This document shows, one piece after another, positions 1 through 12,656 of a stretch of 64,000 nt of DNA (within the stretch, counting starts at the first letter, position 1; every line of letters starts with the position of its first letter). The DNA is taken from assembly GCF_055900595.2 (NCBI RefSeq), contig NZ_CM148325.1; one strand, written 5' to 3'. A program made the translations under genes and the position numbers. The notes beneath the pieces are model-generated. The model saw only the letters and a program-made list of their open reading frames with translations. It ran no database searches and was not told where the DNA came from.

Positions 1-46
1 TTTTTGGCAGGGTGATAATGCCCGGCGTCACCGGGCAAGTGCAGAG

Positions 47-1111
47 TTACTTAATGAATGGGCGGGTCAGCAGACCGACAGGGCCAGTGGTGTACCAGCG
101 ACGGTTGCCGCGACTGCGTGAGTCGCGCCCAACGGCCTGCGTCAGGCGGTCGAGGATAATGGCGAGGATCACAATCCCGACGCCGCCAACGGTGGCAAGG
201 CCCATATCCAGACGACCGATACCGCGAAGTACCATCTGACCCAGCCCACCGACGGCAATCATCGAGGCAATGACCACCATAGAAAGGGCCAGCATCAGCG
301 TCTGGTTAACACCCGCCATAATGGTCGGCATCGCCAGCGGTAACTGAACTTTGAACAGCATCTGCCGCGGGCTGGCACCGAATGAGCGCGAGGCTTCAAT
401 TAAATCCGCCGGAACCTGGTTAATACCAAGAATCGTCAGACGGATAATCGGCGGCAGAGCAAAGATTATAGTCACCACTACGCCCGGCACGTTGCCGATG
501 CCAAACAGCATGACGATTGGCACCAGATAAACAAACGCTGGCGTGGTCTGCATGGCATCAAGCAGTGGACGAATAATTTTCGCCGCTCGCGGACTTCTCG
601 CCAGCCAGATCCCCAATGGCAAACCGATGACGATACAGAACAGTAGGGCGGTTAACACCAGCGCCAGAGTGACCATTGCCTGCGACCATGCACCGATTGC
701 GCCGATAGCAATCAGCGAAATCAGCGTCGCCACGCCCATTCCGATGCCGGAAATCTGCCAGGCGATGAGAGCGAAAACGATAATCGCCACCGGTGCGGGC
801 ATACCCAGCAGCAATTGCTGGAAACCGTTAAGTATGTAATCGACCGGAACGCGCACGCCCTGGAAGACCGGACGGAAATGGGTAACGACCCAGTCGATCC
901 CTTCAGTTACCCAACTGTCAAGCGGGATCAGCGTTTTATGGAACGGATCGAGAATATTAAAATGCTCGACGTTTGGTGCAGGCGTACTGGTCAGCCAGTC
1001 AGCGCCACCGCCGTCAGTCGGTGCAGTCGCCGGTGTACCCCAGGCGTCTGCAGATTGTGCAGCACTGTCCGCCGCTGGCGTGGTATCCCACGGATTATTT
1101 TGATCAGCCAT
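47..1111 (-). CDS. proW: Glycine betaine/proline ABC transporter permease ProW
   Basis: 354-aa ORF, multi-pass membrane protein with ABC permease signature; sits in proV-proW order as in the proU operon. Confidence 0.9.
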   Translation of the reverse strand: MADQNNPWDTTPAADSAAQSADAWGTPATAPTDGGGADWLTSTPAPNVEHFNILDPFHKTLIPLDSWVTEGIDWVVTHFRPVFQGVRVPVDYILNGFQQLLLGMPAPVAIIVFALIAWQISGIGMGVATLISLIAIGAIGAWSQAMVTLALVLTALLFCIVIGLPLGIWLARSPRAAKIIRPLLDAMQTTPAFVYLVPIVMLFGIGNVPGVVVTIIFALPPIIRLTILGINQVPADLIEASRSFGASPRQMLFKVQLPLAMPTIMAGVNQTLMLALSMVVIASMIAVGGLGQMVLRGIGRLDMGLATVGGVGIVILAIILDRLTQAVGRDSRSRGNRRWYTTGPVGLLTRPFIK

Positions 1112-2306
1112 TATTTACCCCCTCACGATCTAAAGCGCGCAGCAGCATTCCTTTCGAAATGATGCCGACATACTGTTGGTCCTCGTCGACCACGGGCACC
1201 GCACAGGGCGCTTGTCCGACATGAGAGAGCAACTCGCTAAGAGGCGTTTGCGCATCGACTGCTAATGGCGCATCAATCAGCGCCGCATCAAGACCTTGCT
1301 GCTGCGTTAACGCGGTTTTAAGCGAATCGATAGACACTGCACCGACAAATCTATTACCGCGTTCGATAACGTAGCCATATTCGCGATCTTCATCCTGCAA
1401 TAATTTCAGTGCAGAACGCGGGCCGAAGCCGGGGGTTTTACGAATTAAGCCGTTCGGTGTACGACGGGCAATATCTTTTGCACTGAACACCTGGCTAATA
1501 TCGACGCCACGGAAGAAGGTTCGGACATAATCATTCGCCGGATTATTGAGAATTTCATCCGGTGTGCCAACCTGCACCACTTCACCATTTTGCATAATGG
1601 CAATTCGGTCGCCAATACGCATAGCTTCGTCGAGATCGTGAGAAATAAAGACAATGGTACGTTGATGTTTCGCCTGTAATTTTACCAGCTCATCCTGCAT
1701 CTCAGTGCGAATTAATGGATCAAGCGCCGAGAAGGCTTCGTCCATTAATAATATATCCGGATTAATTGCTAATGCGCGTGCTAATCCGACGCGTTGACGC
1801 ATCCCACCAGAGAGCTCGTCCGGGTAGCTATGGGCATAATTTTCCAGCCCGACCTGACGCAGTGCATCAAGGGCTTTTTCCCGGCGTTCTTCGGCATTAA
1901 TTCCGGCCAATTCCATACCGAATGCAGTATTGTCCAGCACGGTCATATGCGGCATTAAGGCAAAGGACTGGAAGACCATCGCAATCTTTTTTCTGCGCAC
2001 CTCACGGAGTTCGGCGTCGGATATTTTGGCAATATCCACACCATCAATCAGCACTTGCCCGCGGGTGGGTTCAATCAGGCGATTGAGAAGGCGTACCATT
2101 GTGGATTTACCCGAACCGGATAATCCCATGATGACAAATATCTCGCCTTCTTCAATGGCCAGACTGGCGTCTTTTACGCCAAGCGATAGCCCGGTTTTTT
2201 CCAGAATTTGTTCTTTTGAAAGTCCTTGTTCGATATATTTGAACGCTCGCTGAGGATGCTCGCCAAATATTTTATAGAGATTTTTAATTTCTAATTTAAT
2301 TGCCAT
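1104..2306 (-). CDS. proV: Glycine betaine/proline ABC transporter ATP-binding protein ProV
   Basis: 400-aa ORF with Walker A (GLSGSGKST), ABC signature (LSGGMRQRV) and C-terminal CBS domains; overlaps proW start. Confidence 0.9.
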   Translation of the reverse strand: MAIKLEIKNLYKIFGEHPQRAFKYIEQGLSKEQILEKTGLSLGVKDASLAIEEGEIFVIMGLSGSGKSTMVRLLNRLIEPTRGQVLIDGVDIAKISDAELREVRRKKIAMVFQSFALMPHMTVLDNTAFGMELAGINAEERREKALDALRQVGLENYAHSYPDELSGGMRQRVGLARALAINPDILLMDEAFSALDPLIRTEMQDELVKLQAKHQRTIVFISHDLDEAMRIGDRIAIMQNGEVVQVGTPDEILNNPANDYVRTFFRGVDISQVFSAKDIARRTPNGLIRKTPGFGPRSALKLLQDEDREYGYVIERGNRFVGAVSIDSLKTALTQQQGLDAALIDAPLAVDAQTPLSELLSHVGQAPCAVPVVDEDQQYVGIISKGMLLRALDREGVNNG

Positions 2307-2661
2307 GCAATAGAAAGATTCCTGTTATTTGTTTATGTCGATACATTACCCAATGGAAATAGTCACTTTTTTCTACCCTAACATACTGAGAATCTGAGGC
2401 AACCCCTGATGGCAAATGTGGCATGAATATTGATGCGAGCAAATCGCCGGAATTTCCCATGATATAAGGGCTGAGAGCAAATCGAGAAAGTTGATATTTT
2501 TTTGTCATAGATAGCGAAAAAACGCCTGAATATTGTGGTTTCAGGCGAATAATGCAACAGAGTATCAGTGTAGATCACCACAAAATATTTGCGTGATAAA
2601 AAGCTATTTGGCAGGAATTATTTCCCTACTGTGGTTGGTGATATTTTTGAAAATAACACAC
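2307..2661 (-). promoter_or_regulatory. proU (proVWX) promoter / osmoregulatory upstream region
   Basis: AT-rich intergenic region immediately upstream of proV; assignment by position and established knowledge of proU, motifs not individually mapped. Confidence 0.45.
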
Positions 2662-3630
<969 letters not shown>

Positions 3631-5775
3631 TTAAAGCGCGCAGGAGACGCAGCCTTCAATTTCAGTACCTTCCAGCGCCATCTGACGCAGGCGGATGTAG
3701 TAGAGCGTTTTGATACCTTTACGCCAGGCATAAATCTGCGCTTTGTTGATATCGCGAGTGGTGGCGGTATCAGGGAAAAACAGCGTCAGCGACAGTCCCT
3801 GATCGACATGGCGAGTCGCTTCGGCGTAGGTGTCGATGATCTTTTCTGCGCCGATTTCGTAAGCGTCCTGATACAGCGCCAGATTCTCGTTAGTCATAAA
3901 TGGGGCAGGGTAGTAAACGCGTCCTGTTTTGCCTTCTTTGCGTATCTCTACTTTCGCCACAATCGGATGAATACTCGACGTGGCATGGTTGATATAAGAG
4001 ATGGAGCCGGTTGGCGGCACTGCCTGGAGATTCTGGTTGTAAATGCCATAGCGCATCACGTCGTCGCGCAGTTGCGCCCACATTTCGCGGGTAGGTAACG
4101 TGATACTGCTACGAGCAAACAACTCGCCAACTTTCGCCGTTTTCGGTTGCCAGTTACCTTGCAGATATTGGCTAAAATATTCACCGCTGGCATAGCGTGA
4201 CTGTTTGAACCCGGCGAAGGTTTCACCGCGTTCGCGCGCCAGCAACATTGAGGTACGCAGCGCGTGCCAGGTGATGGTGTAGAAATAGAGATTGGTGAAA
4301 TCCAGTGCTTCCGGCGAACCATAGGCGATGCCTTCTCGCGCCAGGTAACCGTGTAAATTCATCTGCCCCAGCCCGATGGCGTGTGAGGCGGCATTTCCGG
4401 CTTCGATGGACGGCACGCTGCGAATATGACTCATATCTGACACCGCAGTTAAACCGCGTACGGCGATCTCTACCGTGCGGGCAAAGTCGGGGGAATCCAT
4501 GGTGTGGGCAATATTCAACGAACCTAAATTGCAGGAAATATCATGGCCTGTGCGGGCATAGTCGAGATTCTCGTCATACTCTGAGGCGCTGTTAACCTGC
4601 AAAATTTCTGAGCAGAGATTGCTCATATTTATACGCCCGGCAATAGGGTTAGCACGGTTAACCGTGTCTTCATACATGATGTAGGGATAGCCGGATTCAA
4701 ACTGGATCTCCGCCAGCCGCTGGAAGAAATCACGGGCGTTGATGTATTTTTTGCGGATGCGTTCATCGGCAACCAGTTCGTCATAGTGTTCGCTGATGGC
4801 GATATCGGCAAACGGCTTGCCATAAACTCGCTCAACGTCATAGGGCGAAAACAGCGCCATCTTCGCATTCTCTTTTGCCAGATGGAAGGTGATATCCGGG
4901 ATAACCACGCCCAGCGACAGTGTTTTAATGCGGATTTTCTCGTCGGCATTTTCCCGCTTTGTATCGAGAAAACGCAGAATATCGGGATGATGAGCATGTA
5001 AATAGACTGCGCCAGCACCCTGACGAGCGCCGAGCTGGTTGGCATAAGAAAATGCGTCCTCCAGCATTTTCATCACCGGAATCACGCCAGAGGATTGATT
5101 TTCAATACGTTTAATTGGTGCGCCCGCTTCCCGCAGATTCGACAGCAAAAATGCCACGCCGCCGCCGCGTTTCGACAGTTGTAGTGCGGAATTTACTGCC
5201 CGGCCAATCGACTCCATATTGTCTTCAATACGCAGCAAAAAACAGGAAACCAGTTCGCCACGCTGCTGTTTACCGCAGTTGAGGAATGTCGGTGTTGCAG
5301 GCTGAAAGCGTCCTGACAGCATCTCATCGGTCAGTTGCGTCGCCAGTGTTTCATCGCCTTGTGCCAGCGTCAGCGCCACCATCGTGACTCGATCGGCAAA
5401 ATCTTCCAGATAACGCTTACCGTCGAATGTCTTCAACGTATAGCTGGTGTAAAACTTCCATGCTCCGAGGAATGTCTGAAAACGAAAACCGCTGGCGTGT
5501 GCGTGGGCAAACAGTGTAATGACAAAATCGCGAGAGTAGCGGTTGAGGACGTTTTCATCATAGTAACCTTCGTTGACCAGCCAGTTCAGGCGCTGCTGCT
5601 GGCTACTGAAGGTCACACTGTTCGGGCGTACATGCGTCGCCATAAAGGCGTCAACGGCCTGGCGATCTTTATCGAACTGAATGCGACCTGCGCTATCGTA
5701 AAGGTTAAGCATCGCATTCAGAGCGTGGTAATCCATCGTTTCCTGCGTCAGGCGTTCTGCGGTTGTCGTTGCCAA
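3631..5775 (-). CDS. nrdE: Class Ib ribonucleotide reductase alpha subunit NrdE
   Basis: 714-aa ORF with RNR large-subunit motifs and C-terminal redox cysteines (CVSCAL). Confidence 0.9.
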
Positions 5776-6158
5776 AATTCGGTTACTCCTTTACGAACGT
5801 TTTCGATATCGCTTTGCGTACCCATGAGTTCAAAGCGGTACAGCCACGGCACGCCGCATTTCCGGGCTATCACATCTCCGGCGCGGCCATACGCCTCACC
5901 AAAGTTGCGATTACCCGAAGCAATAACGCCGCGAAGCAACGCCCGGTTGTGCTCGTCGTTTAAAAAGCGAATTACCTGTCGTGGCACCGCGCCAGCCGTA
6001 CCGCCGCCGCCGTAAGAGGGCACGATCAGGATGTAAGGCTCGTCTACCTGAATCCGTTCCCGCTCATTGAGCGGGATGCGCACCGCGGGCAGTCCTAAAC
6101 GTTCGATAAAACGCTGCGTATTTTCGGAGCTGCTGGAAAAGTAGACGAGTTGGCTCAT
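5748..6158 (-). CDS. nrdI: Flavodoxin-like RNR stimulatory protein NrdI
   Basis: 136-aa ORF overlapping nrdE start, as in nrdHIEF. Confidence 0.85.
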
Positions 6159-6400
6159 GCACTGGCCGCGTGTGGCGCTGGATGCAGACGATTGATCATG
6201 TCCGGGCGGAAACCAGACCAGCTAAGATCGCCTGCAATCACTACCGGCAACTGACGAAAGCCCTGAGCACGTAACGCTTCCGCCGCTTCAGGAACGCGAT
6301 CGACATTAATCATTTCAAAATCAAAGCCCCGGTTTTCCATCGCCCGTTTGGTGGCGTGGCACTGAACGCAATCGTTACGAGTGTAAATAGTAATGCGCAT
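6155..6400 (-). CDS. nrdH: Glutaredoxin-like protein NrdH
   Basis: 81-aa ORF with CVQC redox motif ([18 protein letters not shown]). Confidence 0.9.
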
Positions 6401-6608
6401 GATTCGTATTTCCGTTTAAAATGAAGATACGGCGCGATGATACGCGTCGGGTTGTCTCTCTGTTGATACAGAGATACTAGATGTAGTTGAAAAAAGATTC
6501 AACCATACAAGATATGGGAATTTTAGATTGATTACACCACCGATGAATGGCTCAACGGGGTAGGGGATTTTGTGTTTTTTTGCCGGGTGATTGCCCGGCA
6601 TCAGGAAG

Positions 6609-7040
6609 TTACATCCGCATGGAAACGGCCAGGCGGTTAAAGCAATTCATCAGCCCGATGGCAAATGTTAAGTCGCTGATTTCTGCTGCGCTGAAATGCT
6701 CAAGCAAAGGCTGATAAACGTCGTCTTCCGCATGGGTTCGGGCAATATCGGTCACCGATTCCGCCCATGCCAGCGCCGCCCGCTCGCGATCGTCAAAATG
6801 ATGGCTTACGCGCCAGCCTGCCAGGGCATCCAGCTTATGCTGCGGCACACCGGATTTGCGTAATGCTTTGCTGTGCATCTCCAGACAAAATGCGCAACCA
6901 TTGATTTGCGAGACGCGCAAATAAACTAACTCCATCAGCGTAGTTTCCAGCGTGCTATTTTCCAGCGCCGTTTTGGCCTGCACCAGCGCGTTATATACCG
7001 TTGGGCTAAGTTCGTAGTAAGGCTGACGTAATGTAGTCAT
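6609..7040 (-). CDS. Carboxymuconolactone decarboxylase (AhpD-like) family protein
   Basis: 143-aa ORF with the CMD/AhpD-type motif NGCAFCLEMH. Confidence 0.7.
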   Translation of the reverse strand: MTTLRQPYYELSPTVYNALVQAKTALENSTLETTLMELVYLRVSQINGCAFCLEMHSKALRKSGVPQHKLDALAGWRVSHHFDDRERAALAWAESVTDIARTHAEDDVYQPLLEHFSAAEISDLTFAIGLMNCFNRLAVSMRM

Positions 7041-7127
7041 ACAGTTTCTCCTCTTATTAACGCCCGCAATGTAGCACTATAATGGACTGCTAAAGAGAGC
7101 CATAAATTACCTAAAAAAGCAGACCAT

Positions 7128-8462
7128 ATGCCGCGCTATCAGGATATCGCCCGTCAGTTAAAAACGGCTATTGAGCAAGGGGAACTGAAACCCGGCGCAA
7201 GGCTACCTTCAAGTCGTACCTGGTCGCAGGAACTGGGGATGTCTCGATCCACTGTCGAAAATGCGTATGCTGAGCTGGTGGCGCAAGGATGGCTGATCAG
7301 GCGGGGACAGGCTGGCACATTTGTCAGTGAGCAGATATATCCACAACAATCTACTGTACAAGTTGTGGCTTTTGCCGGTGAAAGTCAGCAACCGTTGCCA
7401 TTTCAAATGGGATTACCCGCACTCGATCTCTTTCCGCGAGAGCTGTGGGCGCGGGTGATGGGGCGTCGCCTTCGTACCCAGACGCGCTTTGATTTGGCTT
7501 TAGGCGATGTCTGCGGTGAGGCGGCGTTGCGTGAGGCAATAGTTGATTACTTACGCGTTTCACGTGGGATTGATTGTCAGCCAGAGCAGGTCTTTATCAC
7601 TCACGGTTATGCGGCCTCAATGGCTTTAATTCTGCACGCGCTGGCGAAACCGGGAAACGGGATGTGGATGGAAGATCCCGGCTTTCCACTGATTCGCCCG
7701 ATTGTCACTCGCCACGGTGTGGAAATTTTGCCTGTGCCGGTTGATGACAACGGACTGGATATCACAAGCGGAATACAAAATTATCCTGATGCGTGTTTTG
7801 CCCTGATAACACCAGCACACCAAAGCCCGCTGGGTGTGGCGCTCTCTTTAGCGCGCAGGCATCAGATACTGGAATGGGCAGAGCGTAGTCAGGCATGGAT
7901 TATTGAAGATGATTATGACAGTGAGTTTCGCTATCACGGTAAGCCGTTACCGGCGTTAAAAAGTCTCGATGCACCGCAGCGGGTAATTTATGCCGGAACA
8001 TTCAGCAAAGCACTATTTCCTGCATTGCGCTGTGCGTGGCTGGTGGTGCCGGTGAAGCAAATTGCACAATTCCGCCACCAGGCGTCACTGGCTCCATGTG
8101 CGGTACCTGTTCTATGGCAGAACACACTGGCAGACTTTCTTCGCGAGGGGCATTTCTGGCGGCATCTGAAGAAAATGCGTCAGCATTATGCTCAACGTCG
8201 GCAATGGATTGAGCAAGCGTTGACGCAGCAGGGATTTCAGGTTGTGCCGCAGAAAGGTGGTATCCAGATGGTGATCAGAATGATGGGCGATGATATTGCC
8301 CATGCGCGTAAAGCCAATGCTGCAGGCCTTGCGGTGCAGGCACTTAGCGACTGGCGTATCCGCTCAAGTGGGGAAGGTGGATTACTTCTCTCTTTTACCA
8401 ATATCGTTAACGAAGGTATGGCGCGACAGGTAGCACAACAATTACGTAAAGCCTTAAGCTAA
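7128..8462 (+). CDS. MocR/GabR-type regulator (GntR wHTH fused to PLP-dependent aminotransferase-like domain)
   Basis: 444-aa ORF; N-terminal GntR-like HTH, C-terminal fold-type-I aminotransferase region with candidate PLP lysine (TFSKAL). Confidence 0.75.
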   Translation: MPRYQDIARQLKTAIEQGELKPGARLPSSRTWSQELGMSRSTVENAYAELVAQGWLIRRGQAGTFVSEQIYPQQSTVQVVAFAGESQQPLPFQMGLPALDLFPRELWARVMGRRLRTQTRFDLALGDVCGEAALREAIVDYLRVSRGIDCQPEQVFITHGYAASMALILHALAKPGNGMWMEDPGFPLIRPIVTRHGVEILPVPVDDNGLDITSGIQNYPDACFALITPAHQSPLGVALSLARRHQILEWAERSQAWIIEDDYDSEFRYHGKPLPALKSLDAPQRVIYAGTFSKALFPALRCAWLVVPVKQIAQFRHQASLAPCAVPVLWQNTLADFLREGHFWRHLKKMRQHYAQRRQWIEQALTQQGFQVVPQKGGIQMVIRMMGDDIAHARKANAAGLAVQALSDWRIRSSGEGGLLLSFTNIVNEGMARQVAQQLRKALS

Positions 8463-8463
8463 A

Positions 8464-8490
8464 AAACCCCGAAATCAGGCTTCGGGGTCA
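8464..8490 (-). terminator. Rho-independent terminator downstream of ygaM
   Basis: Minus-strand hairpin CCCCGAA/TTCGGGG followed by a T-run. Confidence 0.55.
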
Positions 8491-8518
8491 AAGACGCGTA
8501 TTTATTATCATTGTTGCA

Positions 8519-8848
8519 CTACGATTTGCGCATGCTTAACAGTGCGCCGATAAAAATACCTACCGCAGCTGCTGTACCCACGCTACACCAGGGTCTTTCA
8601 CGAACAAAAGAATCCGCGCAGCCAACGGCATCGCGCGCGGCTTGCTGGACGCGAGTACGACCATGCATTCGCGCTCTGGTTTCTTTCAGTAGAGCCTGCG
8701 CTTTACTACGAGCGGCTTCGGCTTCCCCTTTGGCGTCGCTGCCCCAGGACTTCAATACAGATTCGAGACTGTCAGCCAATTGATTGACATCATTCTGGAT
8801 ATCCTGCACGCCATCATCGACGTCGTTGCGGTTCGGTCGGTTAAACAT
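8519..8848 (-). CDS. ygaM: DUF883/ElaB-family membrane-anchored protein YgaM
   Basis: ORF 8519..8860; start at MFNRPNRND gives 109 aa (alternative upstream start at 8860); C-terminal transmembrane anchor. Confidence 0.8.
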   Translation of the reverse strand: MFNRPNRNDVDDGVQDIQNDVNQLADSLESVLKSWGSDAKGEAEAARSKAQALLKETRARMHGRTRVQQAARDAVGCADSFVRERPWCSVGTAAAVGIFIGALLSMRKS

Positions 8849-8999
8849 ATGATCCCCCATTAGAATTCGATGTAATTTTTAGTGTAGACCATAATTTTCT
8901 TAACTGAGGTTCATCGCGGCTTTATGGACTTTTCTGAAAGCGTTGTGAATGCGCAATCAGGTAAGGTAGGCCCGCGGTTGATAATAACGAGGATCAAAT

Positions 9000-9344
9000 A
9001 TGTATTTACGACCAGACGAGGTGGCGCGCGTACTTGAAAAAGTCGGTTTTACTGTCGATGTGGTAACTCAGAAAGCTTATGGTTACCGCCGTGGGGAAAA
9101 TTATGTCTATGTTAATCGCGAAGCACGAATGGGACGTACCGCTCTGGTAATTCATCCAACATTAAAAGAACGCAGTTCAACACTGGCTGAACCCGCTTCC
9201 GATATTAAAACTTGCGATCATTACCAGCAATTTCCGCTCTATTTAGCGGGTGAACGTCATGAGCATTACGGTATCCCACATGGCTTTAGTTCGCGTGTTG
9301 CGCTTGAACGTTATTTGAATGGTTTATTTGGCGAAGCCAGTTAA
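9000..9344 (+). CDS. ygaC: Uncharacterized protein YgaC (DUF2002)
   Basis: 114-aa ORF in conserved position between ygaM and alaE. Confidence 0.8.
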
Positions 9345-9380
9345 AGACGCGACTGGCGATGCCAGTCGCGAAAGGAAGGG

Positions 9381-9830
9381 TCAGGCTTTTACCTGCTGGT
9401 AACGGCTGACTTTAAACAGTCGGCGGCAATAATCGAGGAAGTAGCCATAAACCGCCCCCATCAACATCGAAACAACGATGTTTGAACTGACCGCCGCCAT
9501 AATCTGATGCCAGTCTGCGCCCACCACTAACAAGATCGCCACATACACCGGTGACTGGAACGTCACATACGCCAGGATATCCGCCAGATTTTTTACCCAG
9601 CCCGACGGACTAACTTTGCGTGCCGCGCGCATAAACAGATCGCGGTACATACCGTATGGCCATGCAATTAAGATGTTCACCGGAATCGCTACCAATCTGG
9701 AATAAAGAGACTGTTCGAAGCTCATTCCGGAGAGGAAAACTTCAATACACATGTTCACGACAGAACAGTAAACAACCATCGCGAACGTATCTGCAACTGC
9801 ATGACGCAAGCGTGACTGCGGTGAGAACAT
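9381..9830 (-). CDS. alaE: L-alanine exporter AlaE
   Basis: 149-aa small membrane protein at the ygaW/alaE position upstream of stpA. Confidence 0.8.
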   Translation of the reverse strand: MFSPQSRLRHAVADTFAMVVYCSVVNMCIEVFLSGMSFEQSLYSRLVAIPVNILIAWPYGMYRDLFMRAARKVSPSGWVKNLADILAYVTFQSPVYVAILLVVGADWHQIMAAVSSNIVVSMLMGAVYGYFLDYCRRLFKVSRYQQVKA

Positions 9831-10497
9831 GCTAATGCTCCTTAATAAAAGCGTAATGGGACGTTAATAGAGATGAAAGCAGTGGATCTCATTGCCATCT
9901 GCATTTTCGCATAGCGTATATCGCTGGCTATTACTAATCAATTAGTGAAAAATTTTTATTTAATCTGTTTTTGTAGATAAAATATTCCGTAGCGGCGCGT
10001 TTTTTGTACATTGTGGATTTTTACATGCTGATATGATTTATTTTCAATTAAATCAATTAGATATGCACTTATCTTTATTTTCACTAATGAAAGTTTGGGG
10101 GTGAGGTAACGCTATAAGCGTAGAGAGTTCGGTGTATGCAGTGACTGGGTCATTTTCAGCATTTTTTATGCCAGACAATGTACATTAACAGCAGAAAGCA
10201 CCAGTGAGTGATGTTTATTTTTATTCGTATATATTGCATTTTTATTCGATTTGGTTTTATCAGGCTTTCGGGATTAGCGAGCAGAGAGCGCCGCTCTGTT
10301 CACCAATAACCGAAATTACTCATCAAATTGGCTAATATATAATCTTGAAATTATTCTGAGAGTTTCAGAAAATAACAGCTGAAATAATCTCGTGCAGGAC
10401 TGTAAATAGATTAAATTTTGTGGAAATATAATAAGTGATCGCTTACACTACGCGACGAAATACTTTTTTGTTTTGGCGTTAAAAGGTTTTCTTTATT

Positions 10498-10902
10498 ATG
10501 TCCGTAATGTTACAAAGTTTAAATAACATTCGCACTCTCCGTGCGATGGCTCGCGAATTCTCCATTGACGTTCTTGAAGAAATGCTCGAAAAATTCAGGG
10601 TTGTCACTAAAGAAAGACGTGAAGAAGAAGAACAGCAGCAGCGTGAACTGGCAGAGCGCCAGGAAAAAATTAGCACCTGGCTGGAGCTGATGAAAGCTGA
10701 CGGAATTAATCCGGAAGAGTTACTGGGTAATAGCTCTGCTGCTGCACCACGCGCTGGTAAAAAACGCCAGCCGCGTCCGGCAAAATATAAATTCACCGAT
10801 GTTAACGGTGAAACTAAAACCTGGACCGGTCAGGGCCGTACACCGAAGCCAATCGCTCAGGCGCTGGCAGAAGGTAAATCTCTCGACGATTTCCTGATCT
10901 AA
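10498..10902 (+). CDS. stpA: H-NS paralog, DNA-binding protein StpA
   Basis: 134-aa ORF with H-NS-family N-terminal coiled coil and C-terminal DNA-binding motif (TWTGQGRTP); long AT-rich upstream region. Confidence 0.9.
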   Translation: MSVMLQSLNNIRTLRAMAREFSIDVLEEMLEKFRVVTKERREEEEQQQRELAERQEKISTWLELMKADGINPEELLGNSSAAAPRAGKKRQPRPAKYKFTDVNGETKTWTGQGRTPKPIAQALAEGKSLDDFLI

Positions 10903-10948
10903 TTACTGAGGCCGGATGTCGCTGCTATGGCGCGTCCGGCGTCGCTTC

Positions 10949-11473
10949 TCAAGCTTGTTGGTTCCACGGCATCTTATCTAACAACCTTGCCATCCCACAA
11001 AAACCGCTAATTCCTGCAAACAGTAACCCGGCACCAACAAAGCCACTTAATAAGAAGAAACCACTATTTACGGTATAACCCAGTACAACGCCGATTAATA
11101 TTAAACCACCCGCGGCGATCTGCACCTGGCGCATTAACGGCAAGGGTTGAGACTTATTTACCGCAACTGGCAATCCTGCTTTTTTCCAGCCATCAATCCC
11201 ATCTTCGAGTAAAAAGATTTCTGCGGGTGCGGCAATCGCTGCTAATTTATCGGCGTTATTACTGGTGCGTTTACCTGCCTGGCAGTGGAAGATAATTTGC
11301 TCACGACGTAATTTAGCCGGAAGACCTGACTGTTCGAGCACAGATAATGGAGCCAAATCTGCTTCAGGAATATGTTCACGAAGATATTCATCAGCATCAC
11401 GAATATCGATTAACTTTGCGCCGCGTGCGATTAATTCTTGTGCATCATGCGGCGAAATGGTTGTCAAAGCCAT
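10949..11473 (-). CDS. ygaP: Rhodanese-domain inner membrane protein YgaP
   Basis: 174-aa ORF; rhodanese active-site cysteine (FHCQAGKR) plus C-terminal transmembrane helices. Confidence 0.8.
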   Translation of the reverse strand: MALTTISPHDAQELIARGAKLIDIRDADEYLREHIPEADLAPLSVLEQSGLPAKLRREQIIFHCQAGKRTSNNADKLAAIAAPAEIFLLEDGIDGWKKAGLPVAVNKSQPLPLMRQVQIAAGGLILIGVVLGYTVNSGFFLLSGFVGAGLLFAGISGFCGMARLLDKMPWNQQA

Positions 11474-11482
11474 AGTGACTCC

Positions 11483-11788
11483 TTACGGACAATAGACATT
11501 TTTCAGGGTGGCGATAATGGCATTTACCGCCTCATTTTTAATGGAATATAGAATGCGTTGGGCATCCCGTTGGCTGTCGATAAGCCCTTCGTCTCGCATA
11601 CGAGCGAGATGCTGTGATGTCGCAGAGGCACTCAATCCGGTAATGCGCGTCAGCTCTCCCGCGCTGGTACCGGGGGAACCGCTAAGCATGCACAGAATCA
11701 GCAACCGTTTAGGGTGGCTCATTGCTTTCAATAAGGCCGCTGCCTGTTCGGCACTGGCCTGTAATTGCGCGAGTTCAGTCATAGTCAT
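11483..11788 (-). CDS. ygaV: ArsR/SmtB-family transcriptional regulator YgaV
   Basis: About 100-aa wHTH protein directly upstream of ygaP; start may be a few codons downstream of the ORF start. Confidence 0.8.
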   Translation of the reverse strand: MTMTELAQLQASAEQAAALLKAMSHPKRLLILCMLSGSPGTSAGELTRITGLSASATSQHLARMRDEGLIDSQRDAQRILYSIKNEAVNAIIATLKNVYCP

Positions 11789-11964
11789 TTAAGTGTTTTC
11801 TAAATTAAGTAAACTCTAAACTAAAAATACAACATATGCCAGCATCAGCAGCGTAAATGAGAGTAAAAGCGTAAGCTGAAACTGGCAGGCTCCGCTAAAA
11901 TTACTACGCTTAAGAGATAAAATCTCTTTTTAAACAATGAGTAATTTTCTTATAGGGAGTACAT

Positions 11965-12123
11965 ATGGGTTTCTGGAGAATCGTCATCACCATCATTCTG
12001 CCGCCGCTCGGCGTGCTGCTCGGTAAAGGGTTCGGTTGGGCGTTCATTATTAATATTCTGCTGACACTGCTTGGGTATATCCCCGGTTTGATTCACGCGT
12101 TCTGGGTGCAAACCCGCGATTAA
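11965..12123 (+). CDS. yqaE: Small Pmp3/UPF0057-family membrane protein YqaE
   Basis: 52-codon ORF read by hand (MGFWRIVITIILPPLGVLLGKGFGWAFIINILLTLLGYIPGLIHAFWVQTRD); below the ORF-track size cutoff. Confidence 0.8.
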   Translation: MGFWRIVITIILPPLGVLLGKGFGWAFIINILLTLLGYIPGLIHAFWVQTRD

Positions 12124-12206
12124 ACCTGTCCTCACCCCCGCGGCGTTAACGCGCCGCGTTCCTCTGCTACACTTTCTGAGTGTTTCCGTTAACGAATGAG
12201 GTAGCT

Positions 12207-12656
12207 ATGGGTCTGTTCAATTTTGTGAAAGATGCCGGAGAAAAACTCTGGGACGCGGTTACAGGTCAGCACGATAAAGACGATCAGGCGAAGAAGGTGC
12301 AGGAGCATTTGAACAAAACCGGTATACCTGATGCCGATAAAGTGAATATTCAAATTGCCGACGGCAAAGCGACGGTCACTGGTGACGGCTTAAGTCAGGA
12401 GGCGAAGGAGAAAATCCTTGTTGCGGTGGGGAATATTTCCGGTATTGCCAGTGTCGATGATCAGGTGAAAACGGCGACACCAGCCACTGCCAGCCAGTTT
12501 TATACCGTTAAGTCTGGCGACACTCTGAGTGCCATTTCCAAACAGGTCTACGGTAACGCCAATCTGTACAATAAAATCTTCGAAGCGAATAAACCGATGC
12601 TAAAAAGCCCGGATAAAATTTACCCGGGGCAAGTGTTGCGTATTCCTGAAGAGTAG
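12207..12656 (+). CDS. ygaU: Potassium-binding protein Kbp (BON + LysM domains)
   Basis: ORF 12180..12656; likely start at [14 protein letters not shown]-terminal LysM motif ([18 protein letters not shown]). Confidence 0.8.

Noticed and set aside
543-1224. Plus-strand ORFs of 83-115 aa overlapping proW/proV, and similar antisense ORFs inside nrdE, gabD, ffh, clpB and the rRNA genes.
   Set aside because: All are embedded in or antisense to well-supported genes or rRNA and have no independent support.
10903-10948. Palindromic GCCGGATG...CGTCCGGC element between convergent stpA and ygaP.
   Set aside because: Probably a degenerate REP element or shared terminator; arms are imperfect and nothing distinguishes it from ordinary intergenic palindromes.
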